Positions 7,992 through 16,176 of a stretch of DNA of 32,000 nt are shown in pieces; within the stretch, counting starts at the first letter, position 1, and each line of letters begins with the position of its first letter. Made by a program: the position numbers and the translations under genes. The notes below the pieces were generated by a model. That model had not been told where the DNA came from, did no database searches, and saw only the letters and a program-made list of their open reading frames with translations. The DNA is from Candidatus Kuenenia stuttgartensis (GTDB lineage: Bacteria > Planctomycetota > Brocadiia > Brocadiales > Brocadiaceae), in the NCBI RefSeq assembly GCF_900232105.1, contig NZ_LT934425.1, forward strand, positions 1,680,001-1,712,000, written 5' to 3'.

Positions 7992-8148
7992 GAATAAAGA
8001 AGGTAAAAAAACAGATTGAGATATACGAACGGTGGCATTTTTTTAACACAAAGATAAGGGATGAGTATATTTTTTACGTTTAGGCGCCAATTCGATGTAT
8101 TTTGTGATGGTGTTGTCTTAAACAATTTTTTTTAATGGGAGAGTAAAA

Positions 8149-8787
8149 ATGTTAAAACTTAGAAAGTGGGGGAATGCGGGTTTTACCCTGATTGAGCTGC
8201 TGGTGGTAATTGCCATTATCGGCATCCTTGCCGGTATACTGCTGCCGGTGCTTGGTAAGGCACGTGAATCGGCACGAAAGACGCAATGCGCATCAAATTT
8301 GAAACAGATTGGACTGGCGCTGAATATGTTTGCCAATGATAATGGTGAAGCTTTTCCCAATAAGGGTACAGGTATGACTTCCTTGGGACAATTGTTTAAT
8401 ACATATATTACTGACAGGAAAATATTTCGTTGCCCAAGTGATAGCGGTGTGACAGAGGAAAATAATTTAAAGTTAGCCGAGATGTCTGAAGGACCGCTAG
8501 TTGAGAACACTAACTTTACTATAGATAAATGTAGTTATGGTTACGATGGTAATCATACGGCAGCAGATGACCCAGGCGTAGTGTTGGCAGCAGATGCGCG
8601 AGGATCAAGTACCGCTGGCACTAATTCAGATAATCATAACCAAACCGGTCAAAATGTGCTTTACCTGGATGGACACGTGGAATGGAAAGGCACTGCCACA
8701 TGCGGATATTATGAGGGTACAGCGTCAACGTATGATAATATTTACGCAGGAACAGGGGGCGGTACGGATACCGCAATATTACAATAA
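8149..8787 (+). CDS. prepilin-type N-terminal cleavage/methylation domain protein (DUF1559 / pseudopilin-like)
   Basis: 212 aa with a GGGAGAG SD. The N-terminus ends in G|[16 protein letters not shown] with the conserved Glu5, followed by [21 protein letters not shown]. The C-terminus [17 protein letters not shown] resembles the H-X9-DG end of planctomycete DUF1559 proteins. Confidence 0.85.
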   Translation: MLKLRKWGNAGFTLIELLVVIAIIGILAGILLPVLGKARESARKTQCASNLKQIGLALNMFANDNGEAFPNKGTGMTSLGQLFNTYITDRKIFRCPSDSGVTEENNLKLAEMSEGPLVENTNFTIDKCSYGYDGNHTAADDPGVVLAADARGSSTAGTNSDNHNQTGQNVLYLDGHVEWKGTATCGYYEGTASTYDNIYAGTGGGTDTAILQ

Positions 8788-8813
8788 TAATTTTTTTTCT
8801 TTCTCTTACTAAA

Positions 8814-8848
8814 AAGGGTGATATTCATAATGGATATTGCCCTTTTTT
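8814..8848 (+). terminator. intrinsic terminator
   Basis: AAGGGTGATAT (8814-8824) pairs with ATATTGCCCTT (8834-8844) if G-U pairs are allowed, followed by a T-run. Confidence 0.6.
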
Positions 8849-8905
8849 ATTACTTGTTCAAGGGTGTCAATTACAATCCACCTTCATTTTCATGAGATAC
8901 TTGCC

Positions 8906-9535
8906 ATGTTCAAATTAAAAACCCGGGGGATTTCTGGTTTTACATTAATCGAATTGCTGGTAGTAATTGCAATTATTGGCATTCTGGTATCTATCCTCTT
9001 GCCGGTTTTGGGAAAGGCGCGGGAATCCGCACGTAGAACGCAGTGTGCATCAAACCTGAAGCATATTGGCCTGGCGCTTCGAATGTATGCTAATGATCAT
9101 GATGGGGCGTTTCCTGCCGGAGGAAGCACGGGCATGGAATCGCTCGGCACATTATACAATAAATATATAATTGAGCGAAAAATCTTTCGTTGCCCAGGCG
9201 ATAGCGACGTTAGCGAAGCGAATAATCTGAATCTGACGGCGGTATCGGACCTTTTGTCCCCAAATACTTCATTTACCACTGCCGGTTGCAGTTACGGCTA
9301 TGACTACACCCACACACTGGAAGATGACCCGGGTGTAATCATAGCCGCAGATGCTCAGGGAACAAGCACTACCTGACGTTCAGACAATCATAATGAGACG
9401 GGACAGAATGTGTTATATTTAGATGGACATGTGGAATGGAAAGGCACTACCACCTGCGGATATTACAATGGTTCAACGTATGATGATATTTATTCCGGTA
9501 CGGGGAATGGTACTGATACCTACATAGCACCGTAA
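8906..9535 (+). pseudogene. paralogous prepilin-type/DUF1559 gene interrupted by an in-frame TGA
   Basis: Starts [11 protein letters not shown]|[16 protein letters not shown]. It can be aligned along its whole length with the 8149-8787 product. A TGA at 9374-9376 sits in a conserved stretch, and the same frame continues as [30 protein letters not shown] to a TAA at 9533-9535. No obvious SD precedes the ATG. Confidence 0.75.
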
Positions 9536-9569
9536 TGATTTTCCGGATTTTTCAGACGAAAAAAGAAAA

Positions 9570-9607
9570 GGATGCAATATTCTTTTTGAATAGTGCCCCC
9601 TTTTTTT
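9570..9607 (+). terminator. probable intrinsic terminator
   Basis: GGATGCAATATTC pairs with GAATAGTGCCCCC (10/13), followed by T7 (9601-9607). Confidence 0.4.
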
Positions 9608-9641
9608 GTTATAAAGAGAGAACGCTTACCATATTAAATTA

Positions 9642-9712
9642 TAGGGGCGAAGCATTTGCCATAAATTGTCGCAAATGTATGCATACCCAAACTGACAAAT
9701 GCTTCGTCCCTA
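9642..9712. repeat. palindromic copy pair of a dispersed ~26-30-bp repeat
   Basis: TAGGGGCGAAGCATTTGCCA (9642-9661) and TGACAAATGCTTCGTCCCTA (9693-9712) are inverted copies, 18/20 matches. The same unit recurs at 15609-15636. Confidence 0.75.
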
Positions 9713-9741
9713 CTTTAAATTCGATTATCAAGAAAGGAGAA

Positions 9742-10143
9742 ATGATGATACTTAATCCTGAAAAACACCTAAAAGACGCTAAACAAAGATTTTATAATTA
9801 TATAGAGGAGGACGTTATCCTTTGGCTTAAAGAAAGAGGAATAAAGGCCAAGCCAGATGAGGTTGAATTTGTTTATGGCACAAAGGAACATTTTACTTCC
9901 ACGGGATATACCGAAGGCTATTTTGCTGAATATTCAACAAAAGGGTGGAATAAGGTACAAGAGAATGAATTATCCGAAGAAGGATTAAAGGAATTAAAAA
10001 AAACAGGGGGATTGATCTGGCCAAATGTGTGGTATGCAGTCCGGCTGAAAGAAATAGATGAAATACTCCCAGTGGAATCCGGCGCAATAGAAGAAGCCAT
10101 TTTAAGCGGTGGAATCCCGGAAAAATACCGGGTTAAACATTAA
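9742..10143 (+). CDS. hypothetical protein
   Basis: 133-aa version of the 202-aa ORF, starting at the ATG preceded by GAAAGGAGAA. I recognised no motif. Confidence 0.5.
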   Translation: MMILNPEKHLKDAKQRFYNYIEEDVILWLKERGIKAKPDEVEFVYGTKEHFTSTGYTEGYFAEYSTKGWNKVQENELSEEGLKELKKTGGLIWPNVWYAVRLKEIDEILPVESGAIEEAILSGGIPEKYRVKH

Positions 10144-10221
10144 CGGGAAAATCAAAAAACGACAGGATAATACAAAAAAATGTAACACTTTAGTTTTTTG
10201 AAAAAACACCGGCGGGTTCGT

Positions 10222-12349
10222 GTTTGCAACCCAATGTCATTAAGTTAAGCAATCTGCCAGAAAAGTCCCCCTTAAACTAGCGTGAGTTTATCACGAAATA
10301 AGGTGTAAGACAAAGACATCAAGTTGCAATCCAATGATTTGTATCGGGTTGCGACTTTTTTTGTCTAAAAAATTATGTATACACTGAATAATACTATATT
10401 TATATTGCATTATATGCCTGTATATACTATTATACACGGAGTATTAATCTATTACGTATACACTAACAACTAATAGCCATGGCTACCATTCAATCTAAAA
10501 ACTCCAGAGGTTATAAATATTGGTATATTGTCGAATCGCGGCGCGTTAACGGCAAGCCCAGGCCCATCGTCCTGGCCTATCTTGGCAAGGCAGACGATTT
10601 ATTAAAACAACTGCAAGGTCTTACCGAAAAATTACGGCTCAAATCTTATTCACATGGCGCGGTAGCCGCATTGCTAAGTGTGGCCAATGCCCTGGACGTC
10701 CCTTCCGTGATTAATAAATATATAAAGTCGCCACGGCAGTATTGTGCTAAAAAACCTGTTCGAAATAATCTGACCGCCGGAAGTACCCTCTTGTTGGGTG
10801 CCGTGGGGAGAGTGTGTGTGCCTACCAGCAAAAGAGGATGGTGGGATTGGGCAAAGACGACTACTGCCGAATACTTACTCAGACACAGCTTGAGTAAAAT
10901 AGACAGTCAGCATTTCTGGGATTTGATGGATGCACTTCCTGAAGAATCCATTGCAGAAATCGAGCGCGAATTAATTGAAAAGACATTTAAAACATACAAC
11001 CTTCAAAGCGACACACTGTTTTTTGATACAACCAATTTTTTCACGTATATCGACACAACTAATCTGCGATGCACTATTGCCCGGCGGGGGAAAAACAAAC
11101 AAAAGCGATACGATCTCAGGCAGGTCGGGTTGGCGATGGTCGTTACACGTAACGACATGATACCGTTGTTTCACCATACCTATCAGGGGAACATGGCGGA
11201 TGCAAAGGTGTTCAGCGCGGTTCTTGAGACGATAAAAGACAGGATGACCGGATTAGGTTTCGACAGCAAAAAGCACACTATTGTTTTTGATCGTGGAAAC
11301 AATTCCATGGACAATATGGCTATTGTAGAGAGATTGGCATTGCATTACGTTGGAGCGCTTACACCGTATCATCACAAGCAGTTGGTAGGGGATGCCATGT
11401 GTAATTTCAGGGAATATGACGTTGACGGCAGTAAGATACAGGTGTACCATGACAAACGGGTTATTTGGGGGCAGGAAAGAACCGTTGTCGTATTTATTTC
11501 CGAGAAATTAAAGGTTGGGCAATTAAGGGGAATGTCTCAGTCTCTGGAAAAGGCAGAACATCAGTTAAAGCTCTTACAGCAGCATCTGTGTAATCCAAAG
11601 GGAAAGATGCGGGACAAAGAGGGTCTGGAGGATACGATAAGAAGTGTAGTGAAATGTCAATTTGCGAAGGATGTTATCGATTGGTCGTTAAAAGAGGTAT
11701 CTGAAGGCAAGTTTCAATTGAATTTTTCAATCGACCAGAAAAAGCTCGAAGAAATAGAAGGGGAACTGGGGTTCAGGATTCTTATGACAGACCATCACGA
11801 TTGGGATACCGCGGACATTATAAAAGCCTACTATGGGCAATCAAAAATTGAACATGCCTTTAGAAATCTCAAGAACCCCTATCACCTTGCTTTAAAACCG
11901 CAATTTCACTGGACGGATCAGAAAATCAGGGTGCATTTTTTTATTTGCGTCCTCGGATACCTAATGGCGGCGATTGTGTGGTATCAGGCAAAAGCGCACG
12001 CACAATTTAGTGGAACGTTAGATACCCTGTTAGACACCCTTAATAATATAAGGCTTTCTGCTATGCTTGAAGAAACAAAGGCCAGAGGGAGAGTTAAGGC
12101 TACCTACAAATTGGAAGAAATGTCCGACAAGGAATCTCTGTTGATGAATGCGTTAGGCATTATGGATTTCCACAAACATCGGCTGAAACTTCAAGGACTC
12201 AGTGTATACAATTGATGTTGTGCTTAACGCATTGACTGTATTTATGTTACGTTGCTTCATGCCTTATTTTGTGATAAACTCACGCTAGGGGGATAAAGGG
12301 GGTTGTTTTTAATCAAATATCCTTAACTTAATGACATTAGTTTGCAACC
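10222..12349 (+). mobile_element. IS1634-family insertion sequence with long (~80-bp) imperfect terminal inverted repeats
   Basis: The left end 10222-10303 and right end 12262-12349 are inverted copies. Shared blocks include TTGCAA, AATGTCATTAAGTTAAG and CTAGCGTGAGTTTATCAC-AAATAAGG. No target duplication is evident. Confidence 0.75.
10479..12215 (+). CDS. IS1634-family (IS4-related) DDE transposase
   Basis: 578 aa. The N-terminus YKYWYIVESRRVNGKPRPIVLAYLGK is typical of IS1634 transposases. DDE-region motifs FFDTTNFFTY and IVFDRGNNS are present. Confidence 0.85.
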   Translation: MATIQSKNSRGYKYWYIVESRRVNGKPRPIVLAYLGKADDLLKQLQGLTEKLRLKSYSHGAVAALLSVANALDVPSVINKYIKSPRQYCAKKPVRNNLTAGSTLLLGAVGRVCVPTSKRGWWDWAKTTTAEYLLRHSLSKIDSQHFWDLMDALPEESIAEIERELIEKTFKTYNLQSDTLFFDTTNFFTYIDTTNLRCTIARRGKNKQKRYDLRQVGLAMVVTRNDMIPLFHHTYQGNMADAKVFSAVLETIKDRMTGLGFDSKKHTIVFDRGNNSMDNMAIVERLALHYVGALTPYHHKQLVGDAMCNFREYDVDGSKIQVYHDKRVIWGQERTVVVFISEKLKVGQLRGMSQSLEKAEHQLKLLQQHLCNPKGKMRDKEGLEDTIRSVVKCQFAKDVIDWSLKEVSEGKFQLNFSIDQKKLEEIEGELGFRILMTDHHDWDTADIIKAYYGQSKIEHAFRNLKNPYHLALKPQFHWTDQKIRVHFFICVLGYLMAAIVWYQAKAHAQFSGTLDTLLDTLNNIRLSAMLEETKARGRVKATYKLEEMSDKESLLMNALGIMDFHKHRLKLQGLSVYN

Positions 12350-12619
12350 TGAATCTACGCGTTTATGCGTATAATGGAGCCGTGTACTGCGGTAAAATTC
12401 CAATGCCCAAAATCACAAAATCCATGTTTGGAATGGGAACATTCTCGATTTTTGGTTAACTACTTGTACATTGACCTCAAGCTGGATGCTTATGTTACTA
12501 TTCTTCTCCTCCCCCGCTAATGGCATTTTACAAAAAATCTGGTATGCTCCCAATATTCGATATTCCTTGTTCTGCGGTTCGGTATTCTCTTAAAAAAACC
12601 GCCGAAGTCCTAATTTATT

Positions 12620-12633
12620 CGCTGAATAGTTAT
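12620..12633. repeat. solo IS66-terminus-like motif
   Basis: CGCTGAATAGTTAT is the reverse complement of ATAACTATTCAGCG, 13/14 identical to the IS66 left IR at 2481. The adjacent ~12 bp also resemble the IS66 left end. Confidence 0.5.
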
Positions 12634-12662
12634 GATTCTTTTTAATAGCTACCTTTATATCC

Positions 12663-13340
12663 TTATCCCGTATATGCACACATCCCAACTCTCGGAGAGT
12701 TAACCACTGGCAGAAACATCTCCTCGCCGCACGCATGTTTGTCAGCGCACTTATCGCAAAGCCACCCTTCGCCTGAGTAGACACATTGTGAGCAGACTTG
12801 CGAAGCCGCCTCCCCGCATTCCATGCATTTTATTGAAGTAGCCTCATTCCTGGCCAGAAGCTGAATGGACTCACCCTTTGTTCCACCTTCCCGTTCAGAC
12901 ACAACTTTTAAAGTAAGATCCGTAGAGGTGCCGAAATCGTATTCATAATAAAATTTCATTCGGGCGACAAGTACCTTCCCCAGCGCAACATACATGTTTT
13001 TTCCTTCATGTTCTCCCATCGGACTTCGGGAGTATGTTGTTCCTCCTATTATAAATGCACTTAGGTGACTACAACACTCCAACCAGATATTTCTCAGGAA
13101 GCGATCTAAGCCTTCAAGCGTTGCATTCGCTGGTGCGGAAAGATGCATCCAATATTCAGGCGAGTAGCGTCCCTCAACCACAAGATGCAGTATTTTTGTT
13201 TTCTGCGGCTTCCGTTTTGCCGGTAATGTTTCCGATTCAACGTTTCTTTGCTTGCACGACGCCAGGTGCTTAGACATTGCCGACTTATCGAAGGTAGCAT
13301 TGCAAAAACCACACGTTCCCTGCGAAACGGCCTTGTCCAT
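12663..13340 (-). CDS. pRiA4b ORF-3-like domain protein with N- and C-terminal cysteine clusters; translation signals cut off by an IS
   Basis: 225 aa. ILHLVVEG...YWMHLSAPANATLEGLDRFLRNIWLECCSHLSAF resembles the PF07929 pattern (from memory). CGFC...C at the N-terminus and CMECG...CSQC...CDKC...C at the C-terminus. Its AGGAGGTG SD now lies 1.86 kb away, at 15205-15212. Confidence 0.5.
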   Translation of the reverse strand: MDKAVSQGTCGFCNATFDKSAMSKHLASCKQRNVESETLPAKRKPQKTKILHLVVEGRYSPEYWMHLSAPANATLEGLDRFLRNIWLECCSHLSAFIIGGTTYSRSPMGEHEGKNMYVALGKVLVARMKFYYEYDFGTSTDLTLKVVSEREGGTKGESIQLLARNEATSIKCMECGEAASQVCSQCVYSGEGWLCDKCADKHACGEEMFLPVVNSPRVGMCAYTG

Positions 13341-13347
13341 TTTTCAA

Positions 13348-15198
13348 CGGATGTTCACCCCTGCCAAAACGCATAAGTGCTTAATACATAGTTTGTTAAG
13401 GCTGTATTTTAATAAATATGTAGTCACTAATATATTGTTATTTACGACAATATACTTGACTGATAATGGTTGTTATCTGTACAATGGTGGACATGCATAT
13501 TGTAGAGAACAAGTCAAAATCCGGTAAAAAAATCTATCGATCTACCCTTCTGCGGGAATCGTACCGTGAGGATGGGAAGGTCAAGAAACGCACCATTGCG
13601 AATCTGTCGAATTGCACTCCCCTGGAGATTGAAGCGATAAGACTTGCACTCGCACATAAAGACGATCTCTGTGCATTGGGCGCATTGTCAGAATCGGTGA
13701 AACTCCATGAGGGTTTGTCTGTGGGAGCAGCGTGGAGCGTGTACCAAGTGGCAAAGGAATTAGGGATAGAAGAGGCATTGGGAAAGGACTTTGAAGGAAA
13801 GCTGGCGCTTTGGCAAGTAATGGCAAGGGTAATAGGCCGGGGGTCAAGACTGTCTGCAGTAAGGCTGGCGCAGATACATGCTGCGGGTGACGTCCTGGAT
13901 ATGAAGCGTGGGTTTGACGAGAACAATCTGTACGATAATTTGTCATGGTTGTCAGAGAATCAGGCAAAGATAGAGCGAAAGCTGTTTGAGTTAAGACGAG
14001 GAGGCAATAAGCCGAAGTTGTTTTTGTATGACGTGACGAGCAGTTATTTAGAGGGGAAGTCGAATCATTTTGGTGAGTACGGGTATAATCGTGACGGCAA
14101 AAAGAGGAAAAAACAGATAGTGATCGGTATGCTTTGTGATGAATCCGGGGAGCCGGTATCAACAGAAGTATTTAGGGGCAACACCCAGGATCCGAAGACC
14201 TTTGAATCTCAGGTAAAGAAGGTATTAGAGCGGTTTGGATGCAAAGATGTAACGATTGTAGGAGATCGTGGGATGATCAAGACGGTGCAAATCGAAAGTT
14301 TACCGGAAGGGTTTCATTACATAACGGCGATAACCAAGCCGCAGATAGAGTCGTTGATAAATAAAGGGATACTGCAATTAGGATTGTTCGAAGAAAAGCT
14401 CTGCGAGATAAAGGATGATGAGGTTAGATATATTCTGAGGCGCAATCCGGTAAGGGCGGAAGAGATGTCAAAGACCCGTGTATCAAAATTACAGAGTATA
14501 GAGAAATACATCGTGAAGAAGAACAGTTATCTGAAGGAACATCCTAAGTCGTCAGTATCGAAGGCCCTGGAAACAACAAGGGAAAGGCTAACGAGATTGA
14601 AACTTGATGGGTGGGTGCAGATAAAAGAAGAGGATAGGACGCTAAAGATAGAGAGAGATGAGGAAGCATTAAAGGAGGCATCATACCTTGATGGTTGTTA
14701 CGCAATCAAGACTGATCTTGAGGAGAACGAGGCGGATACCAATCTGGTACATGAACGATACAAGGATTTAACGGAAGTGGAGAAGGCGTTTCGGGACTGT
14801 AAGACGGTGAATTTGGAGGTTCGTCCGGTGTATGTAAGAAAGGAGGATAGTACACGGGGACATGTGTTTGTGGTAATGCTTGCGTACATGATAATTCGAA
14901 GGCTGCGCAGAGCGTGGAAGAATTTTGACTTGACGGTAGAGGAAGGTCTCGCACAATTGACGACCATTTGTTCGATGGAAGTAACAATCAAAGGCCAAAA
15001 AGCTAGTTGCCAGAAGATCCCGCGTCCGCGGCAACAATCACATGAATTATTAGAGGCATTACAGATAAAGTTGCCAGAAGTATTGCCAAGCCGGAACATA
15101 CGGGTAGTCACTAGAAAAAAGCTTGCTGTTCGGCGTAAAAGCCAATAAATATAAGGCTTTTACGGCACTTTTGTTTTTTGACTTGGGGTGAACATCCG
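13348..15198 (+). mobile_element. second, different IS1634-family insertion sequence with a 6-bp target duplication
   Basis: IRs CGGATGTTCACCCC (13348-13361) and GGGGTGAACATCCG (15185-15198), with further partial matches inward. They are flanked directly by TTTCAA (13342-13347 and 15199-15204). Confidence 0.8.
13493..15148 (+). CDS. IS1634-family DDE transposase
   Basis: MHIVENKSKSGKKIYRSTLLRESYREDGKVKKRTIANLS is the family-typical N-terminus. Motifs LFLYDVTSSY and IVGDRGM are present. Alternative in-frame ATGs lie at 13466 and 13484. A TTGACT-18-TACAAT promoter candidate at 13456-13485 favours 13493. Confidence 0.85.
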   Translation: MHIVENKSKSGKKIYRSTLLRESYREDGKVKKRTIANLSNCTPLEIEAIRLALAHKDDLCALGALSESVKLHEGLSVGAAWSVYQVAKELGIEEALGKDFEGKLALWQVMARVIGRGSRLSAVRLAQIHAAGDVLDMKRGFDENNLYDNLSWLSENQAKIERKLFELRRGGNKPKLFLYDVTSSYLEGKSNHFGEYGYNRDGKKRKKQIVIGMLCDESGEPVSTEVFRGNTQDPKTFESQVKKVLERFGCKDVTIVGDRGMIKTVQIESLPEGFHYITAITKPQIESLINKGILQLGLFEEKLCEIKDDEVRYILRRNPVRAEEMSKTRVSKLQSIEKYIVKKNSYLKEHPKSSVSKALETTRERLTRLKLDGWVQIKEEDRTLKIERDEEALKEASYLDGCYAIKTDLEENEADTNLVHERYKDLTEVEKAFRDCKTVNLEVRPVYVRKEDSTRGHVFVVMLAYMIIRRLRRAWKNFDLTVEEGLAQLTTICSMEVTIKGQKASCQKIPRPRQQSHELLEALQIKLPEVLPSRNIRVVTRKKLAVRRKSQ

Positions 15199-15608
15199 TT
15201 TCAACACCTCCTGATATACACAACAGCCTAATAACAACATGAATTCAGTACAAACAGAGTGAATACGCATTACTGAACAAAAATATTAAGAACAATTTCG
15301 AATTTCGAAACAACTCCTAACGCATTCGGCCACAAATCGGAAGAGTAGAGGGGGGAGGTCTATTTTGAATTCTATCGGTAAGGGGTGGTTTAGCGGATGG
15401 ATGTCACAAGGAGGTGTGGCGCTCCTGAAAACAGGATTAATTATGGCTCTTGGCCTATGTCCTGACGCCCCAGGATTTCTCAACCTCTGTCCTGGTATTT
15501 GGACCAGTGATCATCCACCCAATAAATAGTATACTCATGCATTTTAAAGTGTCAAGTGTCTATTTTTAGAGCATTATTCTTCCTTTGATGTTTAGTTTTT
15601 TGAAAACG

Positions 15609-15636
15609 TAGGGGCGAAGCATTTGCCAGTTTGGGG
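15609..15636. repeat. third copy of the dispersed GGGGCGAAGCATTTGCCAGTTTGGG repeat
   Basis: TAGGGGCGAAGCATTTGCCAGTTTGGGG matches both arms of the 9642-9712 palindrome. It is preceded by TTTAGTTTTTTGAAAA (15591-15606), which also occurs at 10189-10204. Confidence 0.7.
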
Positions 15637-15658
15637 TAACTATTCAGCGTAATTTACT
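15637..15658. repeat. solo IS66 left-end-like motif
   Basis: GTAACTATTCAGCG (15637-15650) is identical to the IS66 left IR at 2481-2494. It is followed by AATTTAC, also seen near the IS66 left end. It overlaps the stop codon of the 15654-16028 gene. Confidence 0.55.
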
Positions 15659-16028
15659 CCGGAATCAGGGGCTTTATAAATTGTGAAATGATATACCTGT
15701 TATCAGCAAGTTTTCGATAGAGAGCAAATAAAACTGATTTTATAACGGGCAGTTTGAATAATACGCTTAATATCCTGTAACCTCTTAAACGGCTAATAAT
15801 TTCCGGTATTACTTCGTCTCCCGCCAGGGTATGCCCATCGGGAAATATCAATTGCAAGGATTGCATGCATCTCTCTTCTGCCAGCCAGGGAAAGCGAAGT
15901 CTTCGTTCCTCAGACTGACACGAAACGAATTCAAAGATGCCTTTTCTTATTGCATGCAGTTCAATCCACTTCATACTTCCCCGGCATAAACTACATTTAT
16001 CGTCATAAATTAGCGCAACGTTCTTCAT
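15654..16028 (-). CDS. thiol-disulfide oxidoreductase DCC family protein (DUF393)
   Basis: 124 aa. The N-terminus LIYDDKCSLCRGSMKWI carries the DxxCxxC motif, and size and layout fit the family. Confidence 0.75.
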   Translation of the reverse strand: MKNVALIYDDKCSLCRGSMKWIELHAIRKGIFEFVSCQSEERRLRFPWLAEERCMQSLQLIFPDGHTLAGDEVIPEIISRLRGYRILSVLFKLPVIKSVLFALYRKLADNRYIISQFIKPLIPE

Positions 16029-16099
16029 TGCCGGTATCGATATTCTCTATTATAGTATTACCCTGTAAAAACTTCTTTTTTTTGTAAGTTTTTCTTTGT

Positions 16100-16165
16100 G
16101 TCCTTTGTGGTTAAAGGACAGACGCATGGCCGTGCGTCTCTACATTTCGGTTGCGGCCTTGCCGC
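16100..16165. other. three consecutive perfect hairpins in an intergenic spacer
   Basis: GTCCTTT-6-AAAGGAC (16100-16119), AGACGCA-6-TGCGTCT (16120-16139) and GCGGC-3-GCCGC (16153-16165). No adjacent U-run on either strand. Confidence 0.5.
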
Positions 16166-16176
16166 GAGATGAATCA

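Noticed and set aside
9374-9376. The in-frame TGA read as selenocysteine
   Set aside because: I could not find a convincing SECIS-like hairpin in the roughly 40 nt downstream. The aligned residue in the paralogue is Gly/Thr rather than Cys. A nonsense mutation or read error is simpler.
9535-9741. N-terminal 69 aa of the 202-aa ORF
   Set aside because: This part covers a terminator and the palindromic repeat. A strong SD precedes the internal ATG at 9742, so the shorter CDS is preferred.
13534-15111. Minus-strand ORFs (130, 193, 137, 93 and 89 aa) inside the second IS1634 element
   Set aside because: They are antisense to a transposase with clear family motifs. They are Ser/Pro/Thr-rich shadow frames.
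15286-15483. 65-aa minus-strand ORF in the 450-bp spacer
   Set aside because: No SD and no motif. The region is more plausibly the displaced promoter/leader of the 12663-13340 gene.
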